NCBI GenBank assembly: GCA_007693295.1
Contig: REDT01000264.1
Coordinates: 146-64,145 of the forward strand
Source: Balneolaceae bacterium
GTDB taxonomy: Bacteria > Bacteroidota > Rhodothermia > Balneolales > Balneolaceae
Reading direction: 5' to 3'
Length of the DNA stretch: 64,000 bases
Shown: positions 10,783 to 22,013 of the stretch, piece by piece
Position numbering within the stretch: position 1 is the first letter of the stretch
Layout: every line of letters starts with the position of its first letter
Notes under the pieces: model-generated
What the model was told of the DNA's origin: nothing
What the model saw: the letters and a program-made list of their open reading frames with translations, nothing else
Database searches by the model: none
Translations under genes and position numbers: made by a program

Positions 10783-11406
10783 ATGATTAAACACGCTTAC
10801 ATTCCTGTTCTGCTGTTTCTGTTTTTATGGAGTTGCTCCACTACAGAGCCTGTCACCGAAGCTGAGAAGGAAGCAGCATCACCCTATTTTGAACTCACAG
10901 ATATAATTCTTGAGGAGTACGTACTCGAAAATCTCGATGAATTTGACAGGATGCTTGTGGAAAGCCGAAGCAGCCTTTCCGATCAGTTTTTAGACATGGA
11001 TCATGATATGCCGGAGATTTTCACACGTGAAGTGATTAAAGACGACCGCGATGTCGATGAATATGCCGGATTCCGTGTCCAGATACTCTCAACCCGTGAT
11101 GTGGTTCATGCCGATACGACCAAGGATAATTTTATGGCCTGGGCGGATTCAACAATAGCCGGCTATGCACCGGAAGCCTATGTCTTTTTCCGCCAGCCTT
11201 ACTACAGGGTTCGTGCCGGGGATTTTCATGATCGCGACATGGCCATTGAATTCTCAAGACTGCTGAAGCAATTCTATCCCGATGCCTGGGTAGTTCACGA
11301 CCGGGTTGAACCCAATCGCGTTCCGCCCGACACAGCAGTCATTAAATATCGTGAACCTGAAGATGTATTACAGCCTGTTAATACCGGGCGGTTAAATAAC
11401 CGCTAA
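10783..11406 (+). CDS. SPOR-domain lipoprotein
   Basis: It has a signal peptide with lipobox (LFLWSC) and a C-terminal SPOR-like segment (GFRVQILST...YYRVRAGDFHDRDMAIEFSRLLK). Confidence 0.7.
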   Translation: MIKHAYIPVLLFLFLWSCSTTEPVTEAEKEAASPYFELTDIILEEYVLENLDEFDRMLVESRSSLSDQFLDMDHDMPEIFTREVIKDDRDVDEYAGFRVQILSTRDVVHADTTKDNFMAWADSTIAGYAPEAYVFFRQPYYRVRAGDFHDRDMAIEFSRLLKQFYPDAWVVHDRVEPNRVPPDTAVIKYREPEDVLQPVNTGRLNNR

Positions 11407-11407
11407 A

Positions 11408-12502
11408 TTACACATTAAACCGGAAGAGCATCACATCGCCGTCGTTTACGATGTACTCTTTTCCTTCCTGGCGCATTTTTCCGGCTTCCCGCGCTGCTTT
11501 TTCCGAGCCCAATTCTACGTAGTCACTGAAGGATATCGTTTCGGCACGAATGAATCCTTTTTCAAAATCCGTGTGAATAACTGCAGCAGCCTGCGGTGCT
11601 TTCATGCCTTTTTTGATCGTCCAGGCGCGAACTTCCTTGGGGCCGGCTGTGAAATAAGTAATCAACCCGAGCTTTTTATAAGCAGCCTGAATCAACCGAT
11701 CGAGCCCTGCACTCTCTATGCCAAGCTCCTCAAGAAACATCTCTTTCCCTTCATCGTCCAGTTCAGCGATCTCTGCTTCGATTTTAGCACAGAAAATGAC
11801 CAATTCGTCATTAAAACGAGCTGCAACCTTACGAACGGTTTCTACATACTCATTACCGCTGTTAACATCTGTTTCAGAAACATTACAGGCATACAGAACG
11901 GGTTTATCGGAGAGAAGGGATAGGTCTCTGTAAGCCTGTTTCTCCTCATGGGTTACCTCAAATGTTCGGGCAGTGTTACCATCCTGCAGGTGTTTGGCAA
12001 GGCGGTCTACAATCTCGAGCTGTGCCGACATTTTTTTATCGCCACTCTTTGATTGCTTTTTAAGGTTATCCACCCGTTTCTCAACAGACTCCAGATCCTT
12101 AAGAATAAGTTCATCCTCAATAATGTGAATGTCTCTCTCCGGATCAATGGATCCTTCAACATGAATCACGTCATCATCATCAAAACATCGCACCACGTGT
12201 ACGATCAAATCCACTTCACGAATGTGAGATAGAAAAGCGTTGCCTTTACCCTTTCCTTCAGATGCACCTTTTACCAGGCCTGCTATATCCACAAACTCGA
12301 TGGTGGCCGGTACGGTCACTTTGGGATTAACCAGATTCGCAAGTTGGTCGAGGCGTTCATCAGGAACCGGCACCAGGCCAACATTCGGATCGATGGTGCA
12401 AAAAGGAAAATTTGCTGCTTCAGCACCGGCATTACTCAGCGCATTAAAAAGTGTTGATTTACCGACGTTGGGCAGACCAACTATACCGCATTTCAAATTC
12501 AT
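11408..12502 (-). CDS. ychF: Ribosome-binding ATPase YchF
   Basis: The 364-aa ORF has the G1 loop [17 protein letters not shown] and the YchF-type C-terminal domain (..[13 protein letters not shown]..). Confidence 0.95.
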   Translation of the reverse strand: MNLKCGIVGLPNVGKSTLFNALSNAGAEAANFPFCTIDPNVGLVPVPDERLDQLANLVNPKVTVPATIEFVDIAGLVKGASEGKGKGNAFLSHIREVDLIVHVVRCFDDDDVIHVEGSIDPERDIHIIEDELILKDLESVEKRVDNLKKQSKSGDKKMSAQLEIVDRLAKHLQDGNTARTFEVTHEEKQAYRDLSLLSDKPVLYACNVSETDVNSGNEYVETVRKVAARFNDELVIFCAKIEAEIAELDDEGKEMFLEELGIESAGLDRLIQAAYKKLGLITYFTAGPKEVRAWTIKKGMKAPQAAAVIHTDFEKGFIRAETISFSDYVELGSEKAAREAGKMRQEGKEYIVNDGDVMLFRFNV

Positions 12503-12523
12503 ATAGATTCTAAAGTTAAAAAA

Positions 12524-13201
12524 TTAGTCGAGAGAGGATTGTTGAAAGAATTTCATTTCCGGAAGTTGAACAGCCGTCAGCTTTCCATAACCGAGCCGGT
12601 TGTATACGCAACCGGTATCAATGCCAATCATTTTGTTTTTTTTGATGGGAGAAGATCTTGGGGTGTGTCCGAAAACAACTGTTTTTTCCCAGGCGGTTTC
12701 CGCCGCATTGAGATGTTCTCTTCCCCAAAGAAAAAACTTACGCGCTTCGGGATCTGATTTACTCTCTTTAAGCGTCTGATGAGGCGGTGCACCTGCATGT
12801 ACAAAAAAGTAGTTATCCGTTTCGTAGTAAGGGAGAGTCAGGCTGTAAAAGTCGATATGATCTTGCGGTATCTCATTTACGCGAACCTGATCACCATATG
12901 ATTTGAGCGTAGTATCCCCACCGTTCAACATCCAGTTGTAGGCATCACCTTTCTCGAGGGCGTCGAGCAGCATCTGTTCATGATTGCCTCTCAGAAAAAC
13001 ACAGTTGCGTTCGTTTTTCTTTTCAAGCAGGAAATCAACAACTCCTTTTGAATCCGGTCCCCGATCAATATAATCACCAATAAACAGATGTATATGATCG
13101 GAATGAGGCTCAAGTTTCTTCCATAATGCCTTCACGGTTTTAAGACAGCCGTGTATGTCGCCAATTGCTATAATTTGTTCATTCATTTGATGAGGATTCA
13201 A
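12524..13201 (-). CDS. Metallophosphoesterase (PPP-family Ser/Thr phosphatase / ApaH-like)
   Basis: The motifs GDIHGC, GDYIDRG and GNHE are present. The start could be the second Met (13186). Either start overlaps the nusB stop. Confidence 0.85.
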   Translation of the reverse strand: MNPHQMNEQIIAIGDIHGCLKTVKALWKKLEPHSDHIHLFIGDYIDRGPDSKGVVDFLLEKKNERNCVFLRGNHEQMLLDALEKGDAYNWMLNGGDTTLKSYGDQVRVNEIPQDHIDFYSLTLPYYETDNYFFVHAGAPPHQTLKESKSDPEARKFFLWGREHLNAAETAWEKTVVFGHTPRSSPIKKNKMIGIDTGCVYNRLGYGKLTAVQLPEMKFFQQSSLD

Positions 13202-13643
13202 TCAAGCCTCTGCCCTTCTTCTTAATTTTCCCTTCCTTCTTGAACTCATTTAAAATGGCGTCAAGTATTCCGTTCACAAAATTACCGCTTTTTCGGGTAG
13301 AATAGCTCTTTGCAAGTTCAATGGCTTCGTTTATGGTTACTTTTGTGGGTACATCATCAAAGTATAGAAATTCGGAAATTGCCATTCTGAGAATCAGCTT
13401 GTCAATAATTGCCAATCGTGCAACTTCCCAGTTATTGATGTGCTTTTGTATGATCAGATCATACTCCTCTTTAAAGTCAACGGTTTTGAGCAACAGCTTC
13501 TCTGCATATTTTACAGAATCGGTATCACTATCAAGCGATGCTTTAATAATATTCTTCGTAACGTCCTGGGTTTTGTTCCCGCCAACTTCAACGGCGTAAA
13601 TGGATTTTAGGGCGGCTTCGCGTGCGGCTCGTCTGTTATGCAT
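13179..13643 (-). CDS. nusB: Transcription antitermination factor NusB
   Basis: The 154-aa ORF has NusB-fold sequence (..RLAIIDKLILRMAISEFLYFDDVP.KVTINEAIELAK..). Confidence 0.9.
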   Translation of the reverse strand: MHNRRAAREAALKSIYAVEVGGNKTQDVTKNIIKASLDSDTDSVKYAEKLLLKTVDFKEEYDLIIQKHINNWEVARLAIIDKLILRMAISEFLYFDDVPTKVTINEAIELAKSYSTRKSGNFVNGILDAILNEFKKEGKIKKKGRGLIESSSNE

Positions 13644-13759
13644 ATTCTTAAAAAATTTTCAAAGAACGGAAAAATACGAAGCTTATCACTCAGCTGAAAG
13701 AAAGAATCATCAAATTCCTTTGCATTTCAAATGTTGATGGGCTTATATTTAAATCATTC

Positions 13760-13833
13760 GGGTTTATAGCTCAGTTGGTTAGAGCGCATCGTTGACATCG
13801 ATGAGGTCGGCAGTTCGAATCTGCCTAAACCCA
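13760..13833 (+). tRNA. tRNA-Val (anticodon GAC)
   Basis: I folded the cloverleaf by hand: acceptor GGGTTTA/TAAACCC, D arm GCTC/GAGC, anticodon stem CATCG/CGATG with loop TTGACAT, and T arm GGCAG-TTCGAAT-CTGCC. It is 74 nt and CCA is not encoded. Confidence 0.9.
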
Positions 13834-13986
13834 CTTCCTCAAAGTTTCCTCTCTAAAGCCTTATATTTCAGTTTGTTTTAAAATTAAGTGTAAAATTCTG
13901 ACGTGAAGATTCATCAACAAGTTCAGGTAATTACCGGAACCGATAAATCATCAAGCAGTACTTCTCACATAACACAATGAAATTCT

Positions 13987-16122
13987 ATGCCAATTATTAT
14001 AAAGTATTCCCCCCTATTTCTGACAATTTTCTGCTTTACCTTTTTTTTAAATTCATGTTCTGAACCTGACCCAATGACAGATAACCCGTTCCTTACGCCC
14101 AGTACCCTTCCTTTTGAAGCACCTGATTTTAATGCAATTAATGATGAGCACTACATGCCGGCTTTCGTAAAGGGAATGGAGGAGCAGCTTGCGGAAATAG
14201 AGGCAATCGCTACCAACCCTGAAGACCCTGATTTTGAGAATACCATAGTTGCCATGGAAGAGAGCGGTGAACTGTTAACACGCGTGCAGCGGGTCTTCTC
14301 TAATCTGACTTCGGCTCATACCAATGATAAACTGCAGGGTATACAGTCGGAGCTGGCTCCTAAACTTGCCGCACATTCAGACAATATCTTGCTCAACCGT
14401 GCACTATTTGAAAGAATTGGTACACTTTATGAGAATCGTGAAGATTTAGAGTTAGATGAAGAATCACTGAAACTTCTTAAGGATACATATAGAGATTTTG
14501 TTCGGGCCGGCGCACAGCTCGATGACAGTCAGCAGGCGCGTATGAGAGAGATTAATGAACGGGTTTCATCTCTCACAACCCAATTTCAGGAGAACCTTTT
14601 GGAGATATCCCGAGAGCGGGCTGTAGTTGTGGATAATCCGGATCTGCTTGATGGACTGAGCAGTGACCGTATTGCTGCGGCAAAAGAAGCTGCAGAAAAC
14701 CGCGGCCATGAGAACAAATACCTCTTGTCTATCACCAACACAACCCGGCAGCCGGTGCTCACGTCGCTCCGGAACCGTGATATGAGAGAAAAAGTTTGGA
14801 ATGCCTCTGCTTACAGGGGCATTGGTGAAAACGGTGGAATAGATAACACCCCTATTGTTCTGGAGCTGGTTGAGTTGAGAGCTGAGCGCGCTGAACTTTT
14901 AGGATATCAAAGCTTTGCCCATTTTGCACTTGAACCGCAAACCGGTGAAAACCCGGAGAGGGTTCTTGAGATGCTTACAGGTTTAATCCCGGCTGTGATT
15001 AAGAATTCCGATGAAGAAGCTGATCAAATTATCGAAGCCATGAGGGAAGACGGTATTGAAGGTGAACTGATGCCGTGGGATTGGGAGTATTATGCGGAAA
15101 TAGTAAGAAAGGCAAAGTATGATATCGATGAAGATGAGGTTCGTCCATACTTTGAATTAAACCGTGTACTTGAAGATGGTGTCTTTTACGCCATGAACAG
15201 ACTGTATGGCATCACCTTTGAAGAGCGTCACGATCTTCCGGTATATCACGAAGATGTGCGTGTATTTGATGTTTTTGACCATGATGGCGAACAGCTGGGC
15301 CTATTTTATGCTGATTATTTTGCCAGAGACTCTAAACGCGGCGGCGCCTGGATGAACTCTTTTGTGGTTCAATCTGAACTCAGAAACCAGAAACCTGTCG
15401 TTGTAAATGTACTCAACATCTCCCCTCCTGCCGAGGGTGAGCCGGCACTGATCAGCTTTGGCAATGTAACAACCCTGTTCCACGAAATGGGCCATGCCGT
15501 TCATGGATTATTTTCTGATGTAACCTATCCTTCACTGGCCGGCACCTCAGTTCCCCGCGACTTTGTAGAGTTCCCATCTACTTTTGAAGAGGATTGGGCA
15601 ATACATCCGGAGGTACTGGAGAACTATGCCGTGCATCATGAAACCGGTGAACGAATCCCGCAAGATCTGCTCAATCGGGTAATTGCTGCGCGAGATTTTA
15701 ACCAGGGTTTTGATACCTACGAATATCTTGCTGCTACCATGGTCGATATGGAGTGGCACCTGTTGCCAACCCATCAGATACCCGATAACGTGGCAGGCTT
15801 TGAGCAGACTTCACTGGCCAAATACAGATTAAATAATCCCGCAATTCCGCCAAGATATAAATCAGCCTATTTTGCCCATATTTTCTCGGGTGGCTATTCA
15901 GCTAATTACTACGCCTATATCTGGAGTGAAGTACTGGCAGCCGATGCCTTCGCATTCATGAAAGAGCGGGGCGGCCTGACCCGGGAAAACGGAGACCACT
16001 ACAGAAGTACAATACTGTCGCAAGGTGGCAGCAGAGAAGCTATGGACCTGTACCGCGACTTCAGGGGCGGCGAACCTGATGTCACGAATCTGTTAAGAAG
16101 ACGCGGATTACTGTCTGAATAA
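13987..16122 (+). CDS. dcp: M3-family peptidyl-dipeptidase Dcp (lipoprotein)
   Basis: The 711-aa ORF has the zinc site FHEMGHAVHG followed by PRDFVEFPS, as in Dcp. The N-terminal lipobox is FLNSC. Confidence 0.85.
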   Translation: MPIIIKYSPLFLTIFCFTFFLNSCSEPDPMTDNPFLTPSTLPFEAPDFNAINDEHYMPAFVKGMEEQLAEIEAIATNPEDPDFENTIVAMEESGELLTRVQRVFSNLTSAHTNDKLQGIQSELAPKLAAHSDNILLNRALFERIGTLYENREDLELDEESLKLLKDTYRDFVRAGAQLDDSQQARMREINERVSSLTTQFQENLLEISRERAVVVDNPDLLDGLSSDRIAAAKEAAENRGHENKYLLSITNTTRQPVLTSLRNRDMREKVWNASAYRGIGENGGIDNTPIVLELVELRAERAELLGYQSFAHFALEPQTGENPERVLEMLTGLIPAVIKNSDEEADQIIEAMREDGIEGELMPWDWEYYAEIVRKAKYDIDEDEVRPYFELNRVLEDGVFYAMNRLYGITFEERHDLPVYHEDVRVFDVFDHDGEQLGLFYADYFARDSKRGGAWMNSFVVQSELRNQKPVVVNVLNISPPAEGEPALISFGNVTTLFHEMGHAVHGLFSDVTYPSLAGTSVPRDFVEFPSTFEEDWAIHPEVLENYAVHHETGERIPQDLLNRVIAARDFNQGFDTYEYLAATMVDMEWHLLPTHQIPDNVAGFEQTSLAKYRLNNPAIPPRYKSAYFAHIFSGGYSANYYAYIWSEVLAADAFAFMKERGGLTRENGDHYRSTILSQGGSREAMDLYRDFRGGEPDVTNLLRRRGLLSE

Positions 16123-16127
16123 GTGAA

Positions 16128-18635
16128 TTAAACAGACAGCAGTGATTCATGCTTGAACGTAAAGTTAAATGATGTCCCATTGTTCTCGCTGATCATCATT
16201 TTGGCATTCAGCTGTTTGTTTAGAGTCTTAATCAATGTTAATCCCAAAGACCGTTTCCCGAGATTTTCAAAATTATCAGGCAAGCCTATCCCGTTGTCGG
16301 TAATTACAAGATTCACCTCCTCTTCATTTAACTGCTTAAGCGTAATTTGGATTATCGGGTTGCCCTTAAAGGAGCCGGGAAATGCATGTTTGAATGAATT
16401 TGTCAGAATTTCATTCAAGAGCAACCCACAAGGTATGGCCTGTGTAATGGTGAACTCTATTTCTTCGGCGTCTATCTGAATCTCTACCGGTCTTACGTGG
16501 GTATTGTGTGATCTCTTTATCACTTCAATCAGGTCTCTGATGTAGTTATCGAAACTTATTTTTGATAGTGTCTCATTCTGATAGAGCTTCTCGTGTATCA
16601 GAGCCATCGAATGAATCCTCATCTGGCTGTCTTTTAGCGCCTTGCTTGCAATTTCATTTTCCAGTTTATGCGATTGAAGCTCCAAAAGGCCCGTAATTAC
16701 AGCAAGGTTATTTTTAACTCTGTGATGTATTTCAGACAGAAGTACTTCTTTTTCCCTTAATGAATTCCTGACCTGTTTTTCAACCCGGTTTCTATCCGTT
16801 ATATCAACATATATTCCATAGATGGCAATCGTTTTATCATCCACCACCACAGGTACGCCGTAAATAATTACATCGACCAGGCTTCCGTCACTTTTTCTTC
16901 TTACACTCGAAAATTCAAAAGGTTCTGTGCTGGCTGAAAGACTTTTTGCTTCTTCTACTTTATCATCCGGAGCGATAACAGAATCTATTTCAAGCCCCTT
17001 AATATCCTGGATATTGTATCCGAAGATCTCTTCAAAACCCTGATTGGCCATTTGAATCTCTTTGTGCTCGTCAAGCAGGGCAATTCCAATCGGAGCACTT
17101 AGAAACAGTTGACGAAACAGCTGTTCGTTTTGCTTTAGCTCAAGCTGCTGCTCAAACTGATCGGATATATCGCGTGCAATTGCAATTACAACGGTTTCTC
17201 CAAAATAATTGCCGGGATTCAGCTGAATCTCCTTCGGGAATATTTCTCCATTCTTTCGCTTGCCCCACCACTTGAATCGCTGGTGCTCACCGTTAAGTGC
17301 CTTTTCAAATAGCTCATATGTAGCATCCAGATCAACTTTCCCCGGAGCGGCCAAAAATGAGGGATCTTTGCCGATTATCTCATCACGGCTGTATCCATAC
17401 GTTTCAAGGGCCGTTTTATTCACCTCAATAAACTTACCGTTCAAATTTTGAATGTAAATTGAATCTCCAATCGAGTCGAAAAGGGCCCTGTAGCTGTCTA
17501 CCGAAATTTTATATCGTTTATTGGCCTCTATCTGTTTTGTCTGATCAACAACCACGCCAATAAGTGCCGGTTTGTCTTTTAGAAGTATTTTTGATGCATA
17601 TACTTTAATATGAATAACCTTGCCTGTTTTGCTAACTGCGCGTACTTCTTCTTCAAAAGATTCAATTTTATTTTGCAGCCAAAGCTCACGCAGGCGTTCC
17701 ATTCTGTTTCGATCATCCTTATGAAAGAGTTTGAACGGATTGAAATCATTAAGCAGTTCATCCTTACTGTAACCGCTCATTTCACATATCCTGGGGTTTA
17801 CATATTTAAATCGTTTACCCTGGGTCATGTAAACCCCTACCAGAGAGGCTTCACTTAAAACCCTGAAACGTTCTTCTGATTCTCGCAGGCTCAGTTCGGC
17901 AACTCGTTTACTGGTAATATCCTCTACCATAGAGTAGATACTATGCAACTTGCCTGACGGATCGAACATAGCAGCCAAATGCCAGGTACACCAGATGGTT
18001 TCTCCTGATTTGGTTAGATGTTTGGAATCTATTGTCAGGTAGGGTTGCCGGGAGTGAATAAAATTATTCAGATTAATTTCTGCATCATCAATAATATGAT
18101 CGGGCAAGATTCCTGTATCAAATAGATTTTTACCCTTTAATTCATTGAAACTCCATCCAAATATCTCTTTTGCTGCCTCCGGCCACTCTGTTACATTTCC
18201 CTCTTCATCCCACACAATTGTGGCCATTGGCAAGCGGTCTTTGATTACATCAACTTTTGGCAGCTGTGGCAGCTTAGAATCCGGAGAGTTAAAACGTTCA
18301 GAAATATCGTGAGCAACAGCCAGCTCGGTTTGTCTGTTTTGGTATTGAATGAGCTGCTTGGTGAACTGTATATAAAAAGACTTGCCGGTTTTACTGAAAT
18401 GTTTCCAAATGGAGTCGGGCCACGTTTTCAAGTCACCATTACCGGGAGGTTTATCAAGGTACTCTCCAAGGTCTGAAATCTTTTTTTGTCTGAATTCAGC
18501 CTTACTGTATCCATACCTTTGTACTGCGGCTTCATTTGCATCAATAATCAGCAATGTTTTGCAGTCGTACAGAAACATCGCTTCATCATCAAAAAAGCGA
18601 CCCGATACTACATTGATATTTTTAGTCTTATCCAT
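16128..18635 (-). CDS. Multi-PAS sensor histidine kinase (HisKA_2/HWE-type)
   Basis: The 835-aa ORF has several PAS-like repeats, then the phospho-acceptor region EIHHRVKNNL and a C-terminal HATPase (..DNGIGLP..). It has no TM segments, and no response regulator lies next to it. Confidence 0.85.
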   Translation of the reverse strand: MDKTKNINVVSGRFFDDEAMFLYDCKTLLIIDANEAAVQRYGYSKAEFRQKKISDLGEYLDKPPGNGDLKTWPDSIWKHFSKTGKSFYIQFTKQLIQYQNRQTELAVAHDISERFNSPDSKLPQLPKVDVIKDRLPMATIVWDEEGNVTEWPEAAKEIFGWSFNELKGKNLFDTGILPDHIIDDAEINLNNFIHSRQPYLTIDSKHLTKSGETIWCTWHLAAMFDPSGKLHSIYSMVEDITSKRVAELSLRESEERFRVLSEASLVGVYMTQGKRFKYVNPRICEMSGYSKDELLNDFNPFKLFHKDDRNRMERLRELWLQNKIESFEEEVRAVSKTGKVIHIKVYASKILLKDKPALIGVVVDQTKQIEANKRYKISVDSYRALFDSIGDSIYIQNLNGKFIEVNKTALETYGYSRDEIIGKDPSFLAAPGKVDLDATYELFEKALNGEHQRFKWWGKRKNGEIFPKEIQLNPGNYFGETVVIAIARDISDQFEQQLELKQNEQLFRQLFLSAPIGIALLDEHKEIQMANQGFEEIFGYNIQDIKGLEIDSVIAPDDKVEEAKSLSASTEPFEFSSVRRKSDGSLVDVIIYGVPVVVDDKTIAIYGIYVDITDRNRVEKQVRNSLREKEVLLSEIHHRVKNNLAVITGLLELQSHKLENEIASKALKDSQMRIHSMALIHEKLYQNETLSKISFDNYIRDLIEVIKRSHNTHVRPVEIQIDAEEIEFTITQAIPCGLLLNEILTNSFKHAFPGSFKGNPIIQITLKQLNEEEVNLVITDNGIGLPDNFENLGKRSLGLTLIKTLNKQLNAKMMISENNGTSFNFTFKHESLLSV

Positions 18636-18833
18636 TCGTAAATGCCGTTTTTTAATTTTAATTGCGGCAAAAATGAGTTGTTATATTACACAGATCATAA
18701 TAAGGACTCTTCTCAATGGTATAAATTACCAAATATGATATAGATAATGGTTTAATGGAATGTCAGGATTTTGTATTTTTCGCCTAACAGATATTAAAAA
18801 TATAATATTCATATTTCCCATAGTAATAAATTA

Positions 18834-20783
18834 ATGCCAGAAGACTCCATAACCCTGACTTTTCCTGACGGAGCAAAAAAAGAGTTTAAAAAAAATATTA
18901 CCGGCCTGGAAGTTGCAGAGAGTATATCAAAAGGTTTAGCCAGAAATGCATTGAGCGTAACTGTAAATGGTGAAATTAAAGACCTTGATGTTCCGATTAC
19001 CCAAGATGCAACCATTTCCATAAACACATGGGACAGTGATGAAGGGCAATATACCTTCTGGCACTCCTCAGCTCACCTTCTTGCCGAAGCTGTGCAGGAG
19101 TTGTATCCTGATGCCAAGTTTGGCATCGGCCCTCCTATTGAGACCGGATTCTATTACGATATTGATTTTGGCGATGAGCCATTTGGCCAGGAGCAAATTC
19201 CTGAAGTTGAAAAGAAGATGATCGAACTGGCCAGGAATAAATCTGAATTCAAACAGAAAGAAGTTTCTAAAGAGGAAGCTCTCGAATTTTATAAAGCCCG
19301 CAATAACGAGTACAAGGTTGATCTTATCAAAGATCTTGAAGACGGAACAATCACGTTTTACGAGCAGGGTTCATTTACGGATCTATGCCGCGGCCCGCAT
19401 ATCCCCGACACCTCTCTTATTAAAGCTGTTAAACTCACAAATTTGGCCGGTGCCTATTGGCGCGGTGATGTGAACAGTAAACAGCTTACTCGAATATATG
19501 GAGTGTCGTTTCCGAAACAGAAATTACTGGATGAGTATCTCGAACAGCTTGAAGAGGCTAAAAAACGGGATCATAAAAAACTGGGCAAGGAGCTTGGTAT
19601 CTATATGATGGATCGGATGGTTGGATCGGGCCTGCCTTTATGGTTGCCAAACGGGGCTGTTTTGAGAAGAACTCTTGAGGCTTTTCTTCGGGATGAACAG
19701 GTTCGAAGAGGATACAAAGAGGTGATTACGCCTCATATTGGAAATATTGAACTCTATAAAACCTCCGGGCACTACCCATACTATCAGGATTCACAATACA
19801 ATCCTATGCAGGTTGATGATGAAGAGTACATGCTGAAACCCATGAACTGTCCGCATCACCACCGTATTTATTCAAATGATCTTCGAAGCTATCGGGATCT
19901 GCCGCTGCGGTTGGCAGAATTTGGAACGGTTTATCGATACGAGCAGAGCGGTGAATTGAACGGACTCTCAAGAGTTCGCGGATTCACCCAGGATGACGCT
20001 CACATCTACTGTACACACAATCAGCTCAAGGACGAGATTAAAAAAACGATCGAGCTGACGCAATTTGTATTTAAAACCTTCGGCATGCCGGTAGACATAC
20101 GTCTCTCATTCCGGGATGAGAATGAAGATAAATATGGCGGGGAATCAGAGTATTGGGAACGTGCACAACAGGAGATACGCGAGGTTGCCGATGAGATGAG
20201 TCTTGATTATAAAGTTGCTTTGGGAGAGGCCAGTTTTTACGGCCCCAAAATCGATTTTATCATTCGAGATGCCATTGGCAGAAAATGGCAGCTCGGTACC
20301 GTACAGGTCGATTATGTAATGCCCGAACGGTTTGACCTTACCTACATCGGTTCAGACAATGATAAGCACCGGCCGGTTATCATTCACCGTGCTCCATTTG
20401 GATCCATGGAACGTTTTGTAAGTATATTGATTGAGCATTTTGCCGGAGATTTTCCTCTTTGGCTCTCCCCTGTTCAAATTAAAATCCTCCCTATTTCGGA
20501 AGATTTCAACGATTACGGGCAAAGTTGTGCCGACAGGTTTAAGGAGATCGGAATTCGTGTAGAGGTAGACTCCCGCTCTGAAATGATTGGCGCAAAAATA
20601 AGGGATGCAGAAAATGCAAAAATTCCATATATGTTAATTGTAGGAGCAAAAGAGAAGGAGAATGGTACAGTATCGGCCAGAAGGCATAAAATGGGCGATA
20701 TTGGAACGTTTTCGTTTGATGATTTTTTTAATAAGGTGAAGGAAGAAAACACTTCCCGCTCACTGCCACCAAACCATAAATAA
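18834..20783 (+). CDS. thrS: Threonyl-tRNA synthetase
   Basis: The 649-aa ORF has an N-terminal TGS domain, an editing domain (HSSAHLLA), a class II core (..FTQDDAHIY.., ..HRAPFGSMERF..) and an anticodon-binding domain. Confidence 0.97.
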   Translation: MPEDSITLTFPDGAKKEFKKNITGLEVAESISKGLARNALSVTVNGEIKDLDVPITQDATISINTWDSDEGQYTFWHSSAHLLAEAVQELYPDAKFGIGPPIETGFYYDIDFGDEPFGQEQIPEVEKKMIELARNKSEFKQKEVSKEEALEFYKARNNEYKVDLIKDLEDGTITFYEQGSFTDLCRGPHIPDTSLIKAVKLTNLAGAYWRGDVNSKQLTRIYGVSFPKQKLLDEYLEQLEEAKKRDHKKLGKELGIYMMDRMVGSGLPLWLPNGAVLRRTLEAFLRDEQVRRGYKEVITPHIGNIELYKTSGHYPYYQDSQYNPMQVDDEEYMLKPMNCPHHHRIYSNDLRSYRDLPLRLAEFGTVYRYEQSGELNGLSRVRGFTQDDAHIYCTHNQLKDEIKKTIELTQFVFKTFGMPVDIRLSFRDENEDKYGGESEYWERAQQEIREVADEMSLDYKVALGEASFYGPKIDFIIRDAIGRKWQLGTVQVDYVMPERFDLTYIGSDNDKHRPVIIHRAPFGSMERFVSILIEHFAGDFPLWLSPVQIKILPISEDFNDYGQSCADRFKEIGIRVEVDSRSEMIGAKIRDAENAKIPYMLIVGAKEKENGTVSARRHKMGDIGTFSFDDFFNKVKEENTSRSLPPNHK

Positions 20784-20818
20784 AAATACAGAGGTATCTT
20801 ATCGCAAGAAGAAACACC

Positions 20819-21343
20819 ATGAGAAGACAACGGAATGATGATCGCCCAAAGGTGAACGATGAAATTCGTTCATCCAAAGTGCGCCTAATCAAACCTGATG
20901 ACGAACACGAGATTGTATCGATTGAAAGAGCTTTGGAAATAGCAGAATCCTTTAAAATGGATCTGGTAGAGGTAGCTCCGGATGCAAAGCCACCGGTCTG
21001 TAAAGTGATCGATTTTGGCAAATACATGTATGAGAAGAAGAAGAAAGAGAAGGAAGCCAAAAAGAAACAGCACACTATCCAGGTAAAGGAACTTCGCTTT
21101 CGGCCAACAACAGATGATCATGACCTTGAGTTTAAAACCCGGCACGCTCGAGAATTTCTTGAGGGCGGAGATAAAGTGAAAGCAACCGTACAGTTTCGGG
21201 GGCGTGATATGCTCTACACCGAACAGGGAGAAAAGCTATTAAAAGAACTTGCAGAGTCGCTGGATGACGTAAGTAAGATTGAATCAAACCCAACTATGGA
21301 AGGACGAAGAATGATTATGATTCTCTCTCCATCAAAAGGTTAA
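20819..21343 (+). CDS. infC: Translation initiation factor IF-3
   Basis: The 174-aa ORF contains ..[13 protein letters not shown].. and ..[23 protein letters not shown].., followed by a KKK-rich linker and the C-domain. Confidence 0.93.
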   Translation: MRRQRNDDRPKVNDEIRSSKVRLIKPDDEHEIVSIERALEIAESFKMDLVEVAPDAKPPVCKVIDFGKYMYEKKKKEKEAKKKQHTIQVKELRFRPTTDDHDLEFKTRHAREFLEGGDKVKATVQFRGRDMLYTEQGEKLLKELAESLDDVSKIESNPTMEGRRMIMILSPSKG

Positions 21344-21417
21344 AACTTCTCTTTTATCACATAATAATCCTTGCTATCTTAGCAGTCTTTATAATTATTC
21401 AGATAATTAAGCAAGCT

Positions 21418-21615
21418 ATGCCTAAAATGAAGTCGAATAGCGGCGCCAAAAAGCGGTTTAAATTTACCGGATCCGGTAAAATTAAGCGTAAAAAAGCTTA
21501 TAAACGTCATATTCTTACAAAGAAATCACCCAAAAGGAAGAACAACCTTGGCAAAGATACATTAGTACACGATGCTGATGTAAAATCTGTCAAAGCGCTT
21601 CTCCCCTACGGATAA
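21418..21615 (+). CDS. rpmI: Ribosomal protein L35
   Basis: The product is a 65-aa basic protein, [34 protein letters not shown]. Confidence 0.95.
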   Translation: MPKMKSNSGAKKRFKFTGSGKIKRKKAYKRHILTKKSPKRKNNLGKDTLVHDADVKSVKALLPYG

Positions 21616-21646
21616 TCAAATTTTAAACCATTAAACGTTAGTAAAA

Positions 21647-21994
21647 ATGCCACGTTCAACAAATTTGGTGGCTTCCCGTCGCCGTCGCCGCAAGATTCTA
21701 AAGCAGGCGAAAGGCTACTGGGGCAGACGCAAAAACGTTTATACTGTTGCCAAAAATGCGGTAGAGAAAGGTCTTCAATACCAGTACCGCGATCGGAAAG
21801 TTCGTAAACGAATGTTTCGACGTCTTTGGATTGCACGTATTAATGCAGCTGCCCGGTTAAACGGAACCACCTACGGAAAACTGATTCACGGAATGAAGTC
21901 CAACGGGCTCGAAATTAATCGAAAAATGTTAGCTGATATTGCTGTACGCGATCCGGAAACATTCACTGCCATTGTAAAAGAAGCAGTAAATTAA
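21647..21994 (+). CDS. rplT: Ribosomal protein L20
   Basis: The 115-aa ORF contains [23 protein letters not shown]. Confidence 0.97.
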   Translation: MPRSTNLVASRRRRRKILKQAKGYWGRRKNVYTVAKNAVEKGLQYQYRDRKVRKRMFRRLWIARINAAARLNGTTYGKLIHGMKSNGLEINRKMLADIAVRDPETFTAIVKEAVN

Positions 21995-22013
21995 TTTCTT
22001 CCATTTTATTACA

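Noticed and set aside
20780-20821. Non-AUG (AUU/AUC) autoregulatory start for infC, as in E. coli
   Set aside because: In-frame ATC (20801) and ATA codons exist upstream. However, a normal ATG at 20819 gives an N-terminus of typical length ([17 protein letters not shown]..), so nothing in the sequence requires a non-canonical start.
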